Shown here: piece by piece, positions 21,861 to 32,280 of the stretch | How positions within the stretch are numbered: the stretch's first letter is position 1 | Layout of the letters: the number at the start of each line of letters is the position of its first letter | Assembly: GCA_964291215.2 (NCBI GenBank) | Contig: OZ219790.1 | Location: forward strand, 1,344,001-1,408,000 | Length of the DNA stretch: 64,000 nt | Direction of reading: 5' to 3' | From: Alphaproteobacteria bacterium | GTDB taxonomy: Bacteria; Pseudomonadota; Alphaproteobacteria; MPNO01; UBA830 | The notes under the pieces: model-generated | Told to the model about the DNA's origin: nothing | The model's database searches: none | The model's input: only the letters and a program-made list of their open reading frames with translations | Translations under genes and position numbers: made by a program

Positions 21861-22928
21861 ATGGCCGGCGCACAACCCTATGTCTTTACCGCGGCGCGTC
21901 CACAGCCCGACGCGCACGGCCCGAAGCCCGACAGCTTCACCGTCGACATACACTGCCACGTGCACATACCGGCCGCCGCCGAGATCGCCGAGCCTCATTT
22001 CCGTCTCGAGTTCGAGCCAGCGCTGCGATTCGCAGGCGAACTTTCGCAGGTAGTGAACCAGCAACAGGCTACCGACCGCATGCCGCACCTGACAACCATC
22101 GATCACAGGCTGATCGACATGGACAAGATGGGCATCGATCTCCAAACAATCATCCCGCCACCCTTCCAGGCCTATTACTGGCTCGATCCCGATGTCGGCA
22201 TGAAGGCAGCCGAACGGGTCAATGACGGGCTCGCCGAGATCGTCGACGGCATGCCCGACAGGTTCATCGCATTCGGGACCATTCCCCTCCAGGATACCGA
22301 CATGGCCATCGCCGAGCTCGAGCGTGGCGTCAATAGGCTCGGTCTCAACGGATTCCAGATCCTGACCAACGTCAACGGCAGCGAGATCTCCGACCGGCGG
22401 CTCGACCGGTTCTGGGAGAAGGCCCAGGAACTCGACACACTGATCTTCATCCACCCCAACGGCTTCACGTCTGCCGAGCGCTTCACCGACCACTACTTCA
22501 ACAACGTGATCGGAAACCCCCTCGAAACCACGGTCGCGGTGCATCGCCTGATCTTCGACGGGGTGATGGAACGCTATCCCGGCCTGCGCATCCTTCTCGC
22601 TCATGGCGGCGGCTACCTGCCGGCCTATTCTGGGCGGATCGACCATGTCTGGGGAGCGCGGGAGGACGGGCGCCAGAACCTTCCCCATCCGCCCACGACC
22701 TACCTAAAGCGCATGTGGCTCGACACGGTGGTCTTCACGACCCACCAGCTCGAATACCTCATCAGACAGTACGGCGTCGACAAGGTCGTGATGGGCACCG
22801 ACTATCCCTACGACATGGGCGACTACGATCCGGTCGGGCTGGTGGATTCCGTCGAGACGCTGTCGGACACCGACAAGCAGGCCATCTGGGGCGGCAACGC
22901 ACGGGCCCTCCTCAAGATCGACGGCTGA
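21861..22928 (+). CDS. Amidohydrolase_2 family (ACMSD-like decarboxylase/hydrolase)
   Basis: VDIHCH, FIHP, LLAHGGGYLP, MGTDYPYDM. Confidence 0.9.
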   Translation: MAGAQPYVFTAARPQPDAHGPKPDSFTVDIHCHVHIPAAAEIAEPHFRLEFEPALRFAGELSQVVNQQQATDRMPHLTTIDHRLIDMDKMGIDLQTIIPPPFQAYYWLDPDVGMKAAERVNDGLAEIVDGMPDRFIAFGTIPLQDTDMAIAELERGVNRLGLNGFQILTNVNGSEISDRRLDRFWEKAQELDTLIFIHPNGFTSAERFTDHYFNNVIGNPLETTVAVHRLIFDGVMERYPGLRILLAHGGGYLPAYSGRIDHVWGAREDGRQNLPHPPTTYLKRMWLDTVVFTTHQLEYLIRQYGVDKVVMGTDYPYDMGDYDPVGLVDSVETLSDTDKQAIWGGNARALLKIDG

Positions 22929-23017
22929 CCGCGACCTGCGGCGTCCGCCCTGCGGGCTGTCGCGGCGCTCGCACATCCACGGTGGTGCCAGATGCGCGTA
23001 CCGAACTCTATCGCCGG

Positions 23018-25669
23018 TCAAAAATTCAGCGATATGTCGCGGTGGGACGACATGCAGCCGGCAATCGTCGAGGCCTGCCTGCTGTTGAGGCGCACCTGCG
23101 AGCGCAGGCCGATCGTGTCCCTGATCGCCGCCTCGTAGGCGCCAAGCCCGGGCTGCAGTTCGGCGACCGCCCGCTGCCGCCAGACAAGTTCAGCCGCGTA
23201 GCGCTGCAGGCCCTCGGTGAGGTTGCGTGCAGCGCGTTCGCGGTCCGGTTTGGCGCGGGCGAGCGCCCGGCGCGCGCGTGAGAAACGCGACTTTACGTGG
23301 CTCGCGCCGTCAAGCCCTTCGAAGAGCTTTTCCGCCTCCTTGAACCGCAGCACGGCTTCCGCCGGCGCCAGGGTATCGACAACCGGCTTCAGCGCCTCCA
23401 GCCGCCCGCCAATCGCGGCGAGGTTCTCAGTCTGGTCGACGATCGCGAGAATCCTCGCCACGGGCTCGTAGGCGTCGTCGACCGCGCGGCGATACTTCCT
23501 GCGGGCAGTGGTTTCCGCCTTGGCAAGCGCGACATAGGTCTTGTGATCGGCCTCCCACCCTTCGGGCAGCGTCGCCTCGAGGGCCGCAATCTCGCGCGAG
23601 ACCTCCTCGATCTGCACCCGCAGGTCCGAAGCATCGACGCCATCGCGCCGTCGCTGGCGAATCCCGTCCTCGACATCCGCCGCCTCGGCGGCCAGTTCGC
23701 GAATATCGAGTTGAATTCTCCTGACCGTACGGTGGAGCGGCCGGTAGACGGGAGTGAACGCTTGGACATCCGACGCCGCAACTTGCACCGCAGCGACATG
23801 CCCGAACACGCTGTCCGCCGACTGCAGTCCCTCGTCGAAGGCAGAACGCAATGGCGACGGCAGATACGACCTGTCGAGCTCCCCGGCCGCGGCGATGGCG
23901 CTGCGCAACTCGTCGCGGCGCGCGCCGTAGGCCTCGAACAGCATCTCCTCCATGCACAGCTGGAGGCGGGGGTTCTTCGGCGGCGGCGCGGTCTCCGAGG
24001 TCAGATAGACCCTCGTGGGAAGATAGTTCACGAGCCCCGGCCAGACGCCAACGACGGCGAGGCCGGCGAGCTGCAGGAGAATAAACGGGACGACGCCCGC
24101 ATACATCTGGATGGTCTTGACCGACGGCGGCGCGACGCCGCGCAGGTAGAACAGCGCGAATCCGAAAGGCGGGGTGAGGAACGATGTCTGCATGTTGACC
24201 CCGATCATGACACCGAGCCATACGGCGGTGACGTTGGCCGAGGTGTCGGCGAGCAGTATCGGCGCGATGATCGGTACCACGACGACCGCAATCTCGATGA
24301 AGTCGAGGAAGAAGCCGAGAATGAAGATGACGGCCATGACGACGACGAACTTCGTGATGAAGCCGCCGGGAAGCCCGAACAGGAAATCGCGTACGAGATC
24401 CTCGCCGCCGAACGCGCGAAACGCCGCCGTCAACATGGCGGCGCCGAGAAGGATGATGAAGACCAGCGACGTCGTCTTCGCGGTCTCGATCATCACCCCC
24501 TGGAGGATGCCCTCGATGCGATAGGTGCGCCAGAGGCTCCAGACCACGGCCGTCAGCAGCGCCGCGACCGCGACCGCGGCAAGGGCAACGCCGGTCCATT
24601 CGGACATGGTCTGCGTGTTCTTGATGTTGATGTCGTAGCTGTAGAGAAGCGCCACGAGGGCGGCGACGGCTGCGATCGCCAGGATGGCGGGCGCGAACGC
24701 TCCGCGCTCCCGGGCCTTCAGGCGGTACCCGGCCATGATCACGGCGCCGATCGCGCCGATCGCACCGGCCTGGTTCACCGTCGCGACACCCATGATGATG
24801 GAACCGAGGACGATGAAGATCAGGGCAAGCGGCGGCACCAGCGCCAATGCGACCTTGAGCAGGAACCGGGCGTCGAAGCCGCTGTCGGACCGCACCGGCG
24901 GCGCGACCTTGGGGCGCAGCAGCGAAATGATCAGGATGTAGGCCATGTAGAGGCCCACGAGCACCAGTCCCGGCAGCAGCGCGCCGAGGAACATGTCGCC
25001 CGCGCTCGTCGAGGTGAGGCTGAATTCGCTCGGCAGCGACGCCTGACCTGTAGCCGCCTTGAACTCGGCCTTGCGGAGCGTGCTGGCCTGGTCGGTGGCG
25101 CTGGCGAGCTGGTCGGCGAGGATGATCAGCACTATAGACGGCGGGATGATCTGGCCCAGTGTCCCTGAAGCGCTGATGGTGCCGGTGGCGAGCGATTTCG
25201 AGTAGTTCGCGCGCAGCATTACCGGCAACGAGATGAGTCCCATCGCCACGACCGTCGCGCCGACGATTCCCGTGGTCGCCGCCAAGAGCGCGCCGACGAA
25301 CACCACCGCGATGCCAAGGCCGCCGGGGATCGGCCCGAAGAGCTGGGCCATCGTGATAAGAAGGTCTTCCGCTACCTTGGAGCGCTCGAGCATGATGCCC
25401 ATGAAAACGAAGAGCGGAATCGCGATCAGCGTGTCTCGCTCGACCTCCCAGTAGACGCCGCGGAAGTTGGTAACGCCGGCGTTCAGCCATTGCTGGGGGC
25501 CACCATGGAGAAAATACGCGTCGGGATTGCCGGTGAAGACGTAACCGCAGAGCGCCGCAAGCCCGATCGACAGGATCGCGGATCCGGGGAGCGCGAAGGC
25601 GACGGGATAGCCCGAGGCCAAGGCGGCCGCCATCGTGGCGAGGAGGATGACGAGAAAGACGATTTCCAT
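23018..25669 (-). CDS. TRAP transporter large permease (DctM family) with a long C-terminal soluble extension
   Basis: LIAIPLFVFMG, SGTLGQIIPPS, SFLTPPFGFALFYL. Confidence 0.92.
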   Translation of the reverse strand: MEIVFLVILLATMAAALASGYPVAFALPGSAILSIGLAALCGYVFTGNPDAYFLHGGPQQWLNAGVTNFRGVYWEVERDTLIAIPLFVFMGIMLERSKVAEDLLITMAQLFGPIPGGLGIAVVFVGALLAATTGIVGATVVAMGLISLPVMLRANYSKSLATGTISASGTLGQIIPPSIVLIILADQLASATDQASTLRKAEFKAATGQASLPSEFSLTSTSAGDMFLGALLPGLVLVGLYMAYILIISLLRPKVAPPVRSDSGFDARFLLKVALALVPPLALIFIVLGSIIMGVATVNQAGAIGAIGAVIMAGYRLKARERGAFAPAILAIAAVAALVALLYSYDINIKNTQTMSEWTGVALAAVAVAALLTAVVWSLWRTYRIEGILQGVMIETAKTTSLVFIILLGAAMLTAAFRAFGGEDLVRDFLFGLPGGFITKFVVVMAVIFILGFFLDFIEIAVVVVPIIAPILLADTSANVTAVWLGVMIGVNMQTSFLTPPFGFALFYLRGVAPPSVKTIQMYAGVVPFILLQLAGLAVVGVWPGLVNYLPTRVYLTSETAPPPKNPRLQLCMEEMLFEAYGARRDELRSAIAAAGELDRSYLPSPLRSAFDEGLQSADSVFGHVAAVQVAASDVQAFTPVYRPLHRTVRRIQLDIRELAAEAADVEDGIRQRRRDGVDASDLRVQIEEVSREIAALEATLPEGWEADHKTYVALAKAETTARRKYRRAVDDAYEPVARILAIVDQTENLAAIGGRLEALKPVVDTLAPAEAVLRFKEAEKLFEGLDGASHVKSRFSRARRALARAKPDRERAARNLTEGLQRYAAELVWRQRAVAELQPGLGAYEAAIRDTIGLRSQVRLNSRQASTIAGCMSSHRDISLNF

Positions 25670-25694
25670 GGCCGGGCTGCCGCGCCGCGATACG

Positions 25695-26735
25695 CTAGGG
25701 CGCGCCCTGGTGGCCGGTGGACCGGGCGTCGCTGTCGCCGAGAAGCACCGCGGCGTTGCGCAGTGCGTAGCCGAGGAATTGCATCAGCATGCTCAACGCA
25801 TAGACCAGCAGGAAACCGGCCATCAGATACTTCACATACATGCCGTAGCCGCTCTGGGTGACCTCATAGCTGAGAAGCGGGGCGTTTATCAGGTTGGATT
25901 TGCCCCACATCCCGGAGGTCAGGATGACCCAGCAGAGCGGAACCCCGAGAATTATCGAACCCACGACATTCGACCAGGCCTTGGCCCGGTCGCTAAGCGC
26001 CGTGTAGATCACGTCGACACGCACGTGCCCTTCCTCGATCAACGTGTAGGCGCTCGCGAACAGGAACAGGGCAGCGTACCAGAAACGAACAAGATCGCCC
26101 ATGAAGGCCTGCTCGTAGGAGAAAACGAACCGCGCCACCACGATCTGGAATTCGGCGAGCACGATCAGGAGCGCCAGCCATATGAATCCCAGAGAACGCC
26201 GGAAATACGCGATCACCAGCGCGACCGCCATCAACGGAAAGTGAATCAGCTTGCCGCGGTAGCTGGACCGCCCGAGGTCCTTGGCGAGGCTCTCGCCGAC
26301 GATGTCGCGGAGCAGCCCCTCGACGCGCAGGAACGAGATCACCATGTCGGCGACGCCGACGAGAAGGACGCCCCAGAACGCCGCCCGGGCAATGTAGGCG
26401 GCGACGGCGGCGAAGCTGGTCGCGTCCGTCATCAACGTGCGGCCGCGCGCGAGGAGCACGAAGGCACAGGCCACGGCCACGGTGGCAACATAGAACAGGA
26501 GCTGAAGCGACCCGAGTACGACACCCGCGCCGTCAAGGGGCTGGTCAGGCTCGGCAGCACCTGGCCAGCCGACGTCAGCGAGCAGGGTTCCGACGCCCGG
26601 CCAGCCGCCCCAGAAAATCAGGAAGTTGTTCAGCGTGAAGGCCAGCGCCATCCCGGCAACCGCCAGCGCCGCCGCCCGAAGCACCCTTCCAAGGGCCCGC
26701 GAACGGCGTCCCGTACCCTGCGATGCCGAGGCCAT
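25695..26735 (-). CDS. TRAP transporter small permease (DctQ family), extended
   Basis: AYTLIEEGHVRVDVIY, multiple TM segments, operon position. Confidence 0.88.
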   Translation of the reverse strand: MASASQGTGRRSRALGRVLRAAALAVAGMALAFTLNNFLIFWGGWPGVGTLLADVGWPGAAEPDQPLDGAGVVLGSLQLLFYVATVAVACAFVLLARGRTLMTDATSFAAVAAYIARAAFWGVLLVGVADMVISFLRVEGLLRDIVGESLAKDLGRSSYRGKLIHFPLMAVALVIAYFRRSLGFIWLALLIVLAEFQIVVARFVFSYEQAFMGDLVRFWYAALFLFASAYTLIEEGHVRVDVIYTALSDRAKAWSNVVGSIILGVPLCWVILTSGMWGKSNLINAPLLSYEVTQSGYGMYVKYLMAGFLLVYALSMLMQFLGYALRNAAVLLGDSDARSTGHQGAP

Positions 26736-26827
26736 GATCCCCACGCAGTCACCCGTCTCCCGGGGGATGCCGGATACTGAAAGCGGAGCCCGAAGGCTCC
26801 GCTTTCTCCGTAAATCGTATCCGGCCG

Positions 26828-27970
26828 CTAGACGCCGAGGACGCGGTTGCGCTGGGCGACATAGGCCTGGTCGGAAATCTTCGACCAGCCGCCCAGATCC
26901 TTGCGTGCAGCCAGGAAGCTCTCGTGTATGGTCTTGGCGAGCGCGCTGTGGGAGACCACGGTTTCGAAGACCTCGGCCGCAGCCTCTCCGAAACTGTCAT
27001 AGACATCGTCGTTGAACTTGCGCAGCTTGACGCCGTGCTCGCTCAGGAGCTTGGCCAGCGCGGCACCGTTCTTGGCATTGTACTCAGCCATCATGACGTC
27101 GTTTTCCATGCCGGCGGCGGCCTCAATCAGAATCTGGTCGGACTTTGTCAGCTTGCCCCACCACGATGCGTTCATGCCCAGCGAGAGCATCGCGCCCGGC
27201 TCGTGCATGCCCGGATAGTAGTAGAACTTCGCCGCCTCGTAGAACTTCATGAAGCTGTCGTTCCACGGGCCGACCCACTCGGTGGCGTCGATCGCGCCCG
27301 ACACCAGGTTCTCGTAGATCTGGCCGCCGGGAAGCGACACCGGCGAGGCGCCGAGCTTGGCCATGACGTCGCCACCGAGGCCCGGAATGCGCATCTTGAG
27401 CCCCTTGAGGTCGTCCGAGGAGTTGATTTCCTTGTTGAACCAGCCGCCCATCTGGACGCCCGTATTGCCGCACATCACGGCCTTGAGGCCGAAGTCACCG
27501 GCCAGCTTGTCCCACAACTCCTGTCCGCCACCGAAGCGGATCCAGGCGTTGATCTCGGTGTAGGTCAGGCCGAAAGGCACCGACGTGAAGTACGCCCAGC
27601 CGGGATGCTTGCCCTTCCAGTAGTAGTCAGCGGCGTGATAGGCTTGCGCGTTGCCGGACGCGACCTCGTCGAACGAATCGAACGCGCCGACCCGCTCACC
27701 GGCCGCGAAGTACTGGACCTTGATGCGGCCTTCGGTCATGTCCTCGACGCGCTTGGCAAAGCGCTGGGCGCCTGTGCCAAGGCCGGGAAAGTCACGCGGC
27801 CAAGTCGTAACGATCGCCATTTCGGTGCGCTTCTGGGCAACCGCAGGCGCAGAGATCGCAGCAGTTGCCCCTGCCCCGGCAAGCGCCGCACCCTTAATAA
27901 AGGACCGCCGTCCCGCGGTCTTGGCGCCCCCCCCCTTTTCCGTGATCTGCTTGTTGTCGTTGGTCATCAC
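26828..27970 (-). CDS. TRAP substrate-binding protein (DctP/TakP type) with Tat signal
   Basis: RRSFIK twin-arginine motif, YYWKGK, GNTGVQMGGWF, LKMRIPGLGG. Confidence 0.93.
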   Translation of the reverse strand: MMTNDNKQITEKGGGAKTAGRRSFIKGAALAGAGATAAISAPAVAQKRTEMAIVTTWPRDFPGLGTGAQRFAKRVEDMTEGRIKVQYFAAGERVGAFDSFDEVASGNAQAYHAADYYWKGKHPGWAYFTSVPFGLTYTEINAWIRFGGGQELWDKLAGDFGLKAVMCGNTGVQMGGWFNKEINSSDDLKGLKMRIPGLGGDVMAKLGASPVSLPGGQIYENLVSGAIDATEWVGPWNDSFMKFYEAAKFYYYPGMHEPGAMLSLGMNASWWGKLTKSDQILIEAAAGMENDVMMAEYNAKNGAALAKLLSEHGVKLRKFNDDVYDSFGEAAAEVFETVVSHSALAKTIHESFLAARKDLGGWSKISDQAYVAQRNRVLGV

Positions 27971-28382
27971 TTACCATCCTCCATCTCTTGAAGCGGCGCC
28001 CGGCGAAACCACTCGACCATCCAAGATTTCAGCATTCAGATTATCATGTCCGGCCACCACGATTGCCGCCGTTTATACCACAGCCCGAATTCCGACAAAA
28101 CGTCTGGTAAAGAGCATGCCCACGGCTCCGAAACGCGCCGCTCCGGCAGGGTTCCGGCGCTCCTTGGTTGCACCCGCCTGCGGAGAGCCTGCGGCGCGGA
28201 TTTTGCCGCTGCTCTTCAATTCGGTACCGGCCGATGGTATCGTCGGATTTCTTGCCCCTGCTTGAACATGGTGGTGCGTCGTCGGCATTGGATGAGGCTG
28301 GCGGGCATTCTCGTGGCATCCACCCTGGCGCGCCGATCCATGGCCGGCAACCGGCCTCCTTCCAGATCCGCCGAAACCCGCA

Positions 28383-29609
28383 ATGCTCCGAACCGTCGTC
28401 AAGAATCCGTATTTTGCCCTGTTCTGCGCCGTCGGCATCGTCTTTCTTGCCTATGGCAGCCGCCAGAGTTTCGGAATCTACCTCCGCCCCATCACCGTCG
28501 AGATGGGATGGGGGCGCGAAAGCCTGTCGCTGGTCTTCGGAACCCAGGCGCTGGTCTACGGGCTGGCGGCGCCGTTCGTCGGCGCGGTCGCCGACAAGTG
28601 GGGTCCGGCGCGGGTCCTCATGGCCGCGGGCCTGATGTATTCCGGCGGCATCTTCCTGATGTCGCAGCAGGTGACGCCGGAAGGCATGTTGCTGAGTGCC
28701 GGGCTTCTCGGCGGCATCGGCTCTGCGGGGTGCGCACTCTCGATGGTGCTGGCCATCATCGCCCGCATCGCCCCCGACCACCGGCGCAGCCTGTGGTTCG
28801 GCGTTATCACCTCGGGAGCGACAGCGGGACAGTTCGTTCTGGTCCCCTCCGGTCAGTACATCATCAACGATCACGGCTGGCTTATCGCCCTGATCGCACT
28901 GTCGCTGTTCGTCCTCCTGATCCTGCCGCTCGGCTTCATGCTGGGCACCGCCGCGGGCCGGATCACACCCGACGAGAAGGACAACCGAGGACTCTTCGCA
29001 GCGCTCGGCGAGGCGCGCCGCCACCGCGGATTCTGGCTTCTCGTTCTCGGCTTTTTCACCTGCGGCTTCCAGATCCAGTACATAAACAACCACCTTCCGG
29101 CCTATCTCCAGGACATGAATCTCGATCCCATTGTCGGCGCATTCGCGATCTCGGTGATCGGCATCTTCAACATGATCGGAACCTGGGTCTCGGGCTGGCT
29201 GGGCGACCGCTACCGCAAGAAGTACCTGCTGGCGGTTCTCTATTTATTGCGCTCGCTGATATTCATGATCTTCATCCTCATCCCGCTATCCGAGTGGTCC
29301 GTCTACATCTTCGCCGCCAGCGTCGGGCTCCTGTGGCTCGCGACCGTGCCGCTCACCTCCGGCATCGTGTTCCACATGTTCGGCGCGCGCTACATGGCCA
29401 CGCTCTACGGAATCGTATTCCTCAGCCACCAGGCCGGCAGTTTTACCAGCGTCTGGCTCGGCGGAAGGATCTGGGATCTGACGGGTTCCTACGAACTCGC
29501 CTGGTGGATCGTGATCATCGGCGGCGCACTCGCATCCCTGCTCCACTGGCCCATAGATGACCGGCCGGTCTCGGAGGTCCTCGCCGACCGCCGCGCCGCG
29601 GCGACCTGA
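28383..29609 (+). CDS. MFS transporter
   Basis: GSRQSFGIYL, GAVADKWG, GWLGDRY, 12-TM pattern. Confidence 0.9.
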   Translation: MLRTVVKNPYFALFCAVGIVFLAYGSRQSFGIYLRPITVEMGWGRESLSLVFGTQALVYGLAAPFVGAVADKWGPARVLMAAGLMYSGGIFLMSQQVTPEGMLLSAGLLGGIGSAGCALSMVLAIIARIAPDHRRSLWFGVITSGATAGQFVLVPSGQYIINDHGWLIALIALSLFVLLILPLGFMLGTAAGRITPDEKDNRGLFAALGEARRHRGFWLLVLGFFTCGFQIQYINNHLPAYLQDMNLDPIVGAFAISVIGIFNMIGTWVSGWLGDRYRKKYLLAVLYLLRSLIFMIFILIPLSEWSVYIFAASVGLLWLATVPLTSGIVFHMFGARYMATLYGIVFLSHQAGSFTSVWLGGRIWDLTGSYELAWWIVIIGGALASLLHWPIDDRPVSEVLADRRAAAT

Positions 29610-29617
29610 CATGACGC

Positions 29618-30544
29618 GTGCCACCGGCCTCTGCCCGTCGGGGAGATGATGCGTTGCCGACGCGATCCGACGGCTCCTACGCACCGGCGCTGAACAACTT
29701 GCGCGCCGTCCTGTGGATGCTCGCGGCGGTGACCCTGCTGACGGCGATGTTCGTCGTCATCAAGCAGATGATCACCGAACTGCCGGTGTTCGTGGTCGCG
29801 CTGGCGCGGACCTTCTTTTCCCTTGCATGCCTGCTGCCCTGGCTGGCCCGCGTCGGTCCTGCCGGCATCCGCACCACCCGGATCGGCATGCATTTCCTGC
29901 GCAGCTTCTGCGGTATCGCGGCGTTCGTGCTTATTGTCTACGCCCTGCAGTGGCTGATTCTTGCCGATGCGATGGTACTTGCCTTCACCTCACCGTTCTG
30001 GTCGATCCTGATTTCCGCTCTGGTGCTCGGCGAGGCCATCCGCGGCAACCGCATCGCAGCTGCCCTCGTAGGATTCTGCGGCGTGGTGATGATCGTCAAG
30101 CCGCAGGGTGGCATCGAACTTGCAATGCTTCTCGCTCTCGGCAGTGCGGTGATGACGTCGAGCGCAATGATCTCGATGAAGCACCTGTCCTCGACCGAAC
30201 CGCCGACCCGGATCGTGTTCTATTTCATGCTGTTCGGAACGCTGCTGCTGGTACCGCCGGCTGCCGCCACCTGGCAAACGCCGACCCTCGAACAGCTCGG
30301 ATGGCTGGTCCTGACAGGTGTGCTCGGAGCCGTCGGCCAGGCGTTTCTCGCCCGCGCCTACGACGCCGGCGAGATCAGCATTGTCGCGCCGCTCGATTTC
30401 GTGCGCCTGCCGGTGGCGGCGCTGCTCGGCTACATCGTGTTCAGCGAAATCCCCGACCTGTGGTCGATTGCCGGCACAGTCATCATCATCTGCGCCGCGA
30501 TATATCTTGCCCGCGCCGGTACCCGGCGGCTGCGGAGCACGTGA
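29618..30544 (+). CDS. DMT/EamA family transporter (start uncertain)
   Basis: FTSPFWSILISALVLGE, 10-TM pattern. Confidence 0.88.
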   Translation: MPPASARRGDDALPTRSDGSYAPALNNLRAVLWMLAAVTLLTAMFVVIKQMITELPVFVVALARTFFSLACLLPWLARVGPAGIRTTRIGMHFLRSFCGIAAFVLIVYALQWLILADAMVLAFTSPFWSILISALVLGEAIRGNRIAAALVGFCGVVMIVKPQGGIELAMLLALGSAVMTSSAMISMKHLSSTEPPTRIVFYFMLFGTLLLVPPAAATWQTPTLEQLGWLVLTGVLGAVGQAFLARAYDAGEISIVAPLDFVRLPVAALLGYIVFSEIPDLWSIAGTVIIICAAIYLARAGTRRLRST

Positions 30545-30636
30545 CGTGGAATTGCATCCGGCCGGCAGCGGCGTTACCGCGATGCCTGTCCAGGCGACCA
30601 ATCCCGCCTGCGGAGGCCGGGGACCCTCGGGCCGGA

Positions 30637-31920
30637 TCAGCTACCGCCGCCAGGCGTAGCGCGCTCTGACGCCTTTTCGTTCCCGGTGGCCTCCGCCGCC
30701 GGCTCGTCCTTTGCATCCTCGCCCTCCGGCATGCCCGAGCGGATCCACAGTCCCCAGGCCTGGCGTTCCGTCACGGTCATCCCGGTCTTGTTGCCGAGCG
30801 GCATGGCATTCGACAGGATCGACTGCTTGAACACGCGGGCACTGTGCCGGCGAATGTCGGCGACAGTATCAAGCATGACGCCGCCCGGCGCCTTGTCGAG
30901 GTCGGGATCGGCAGGTCTCTCGGCATGACAGCTCACGCAGCGGGCCTGTGAAATCGCAAGAATATCGCCGGCTGACGGGACCTCGCGATCGGCGAGGGAC
31001 GGATCCTCGGGCCGCCAGCTCAGATAGGCGATCAGCAGGATCATCAGAACCACCGCCGTCGGCCACTGCCAGCGCAGGGTGCGGATAGGGCACCCGCTGT
31101 GCATCAGGTTGAAGAAATGCCGTATCGTCGCCCCGACCAGCAGCACCAGCGTCACCACAAGCCAACTGTGCTCGTTGTCGTACAGCATCGGGTAATGCTG
31201 GCTGATCATCATCAGAATGACCGGCAGCGTGAGATAGTTGTTGTGCGTCGAACGGTGCTTGCCTTGGATGCCGAGCGCGGGATCGGGCTCCTCGCCGGCA
31301 ATCAGCGCGTTCACGACCTTCTTCTGGTTGGGAATGATGATGAAGAACACGTTCCCCACCATGATCGAGCCGACCATAGCGCCGACATGAACGAACGCTG
31401 CGCGGCCGCTGAACAGATGGGTCAGGAAATAGGCCGAAAAAGCGATCAGGGCGAAGACGGCGGCCGACAGCAGAAGCGGATGGCTGTTGAACGGCGAGCG
31501 GCACAGCCCGTCATAGATAAGCCAGCCGCCAGCGAAGAACGCGACGCTGATGGCGACCGCCTCCCACGGCTGGAGGTCGAGCACCTCCTTGTCGATGAGG
31601 TAGCTCTCGGCGCCCCAGTAGTAGATCACCGCGAGAAGCGCGAAGCCCGAGAGCCAGGTGAAGTACGCCTCGTACTTGAACCAGTGGAGCTCTTTCGGAA
31701 GTTCCTCGGGCGCGACCACGTACTTGCGCATGAGATAGAATCCGCCACCATGCACGTTCCACGATTCGCCGCCGACGCCTGACGGCAAGCCGGCATGCTT
31801 CCGCAAGCTGAAGTCGAGGAAGATGAAATAGAACGACGTGCCGATCCACGCGATGCCAGCGATCACGTGAAGCCACCGGAGGCCCAACTCCAGCCAGTCG
31901 GCGTAGGCAATTTCCAGCAT
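30637..31920 (-). CDS. puuD: Urate hydroxylase PuuD (membrane domain plus cytochrome c)
   Basis: RWLHVIAGIAWIG, VHGGGFY, RSTHNNYLTLPV, C-terminal CVSCH heme motif. Confidence 0.92.
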   Translation of the reverse strand: MLEIAYADWLELGLRWLHVIAGIAWIGTSFYFIFLDFSLRKHAGLPSGVGGESWNVHGGGFYLMRKYVVAPEELPKELHWFKYEAYFTWLSGFALLAVIYYWGAESYLIDKEVLDLQPWEAVAISVAFFAGGWLIYDGLCRSPFNSHPLLLSAAVFALIAFSAYFLTHLFSGRAAFVHVGAMVGSIMVGNVFFIIIPNQKKVVNALIAGEEPDPALGIQGKHRSTHNNYLTLPVILMMISQHYPMLYDNEHSWLVVTLVLLVGATIRHFFNLMHSGCPIRTLRWQWPTAVVLMILLIAYLSWRPEDPSLADREVPSAGDILAISQARCVSCHAERPADPDLDKAPGGVMLDTVADIRRHSARVFKQSILSNAMPLGNKTGMTVTERQAWGLWIRSGMPEGEDAKDEPAAEATGNEKASERATPGGGS

Positions 31921-31929
31921 GTACGGCTC

Positions 31930-32280
31930 CTAGCTACCGCGATAGCTCGAATAGCCGTAAGGAGAGATCAGGAGCGGCACATGGTAGTTCTGCGCCGGAT
32001 CCGAAATGCGGAAGCGAACCGGCACAATGTCGAGAAAGGCCGGTGACGAACCGTCGGCCTTCCTGCCGAAATAGTCTCCGACATGGAACTCCAGCTGGTA
32101 GATGCCAGCGGCAAGATCGACGCCTTCGAGCAGTGGCTCCTCGCAACGCCCGTCCTCGTTGGTCCGACTTCTCGCAATGCGGAACAGGGTAGAACCATCC
32201 AGCCTGTGGAGATCCAGTTCGACGCCCGCTGCCGGCATACCGCCAGCGAGGTCAAGTACATGCGTCGTCAAACGCCCCAT
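31930..32280 (-). CDS. uraH: 5-hydroxyisourate hydrolase
   Basis: LTTHVLD, YHVPLLISPYGYSSYRGS. Confidence 0.95.
   Translation of the reverse strand: MGRLTTHVLDLAGGMPAAGVELDLHRLDGSTLFRIARSRTNEDGRCEEPLLEGVDLAAGIYQLEFHVGDYFGRKADGSSPAFLDIVPVRFRISDPAQNYHVPLLISPYGYSSYRGS

Noticed and set aside
23297-25490. Long alternative ORFs (623 aa +, 687 aa -), and similar ones such as 54279-56396, 37417-39075 and 49851-51599
   Set aside because: Shadow frames of real genes in high-GC DNA, with no motifs.
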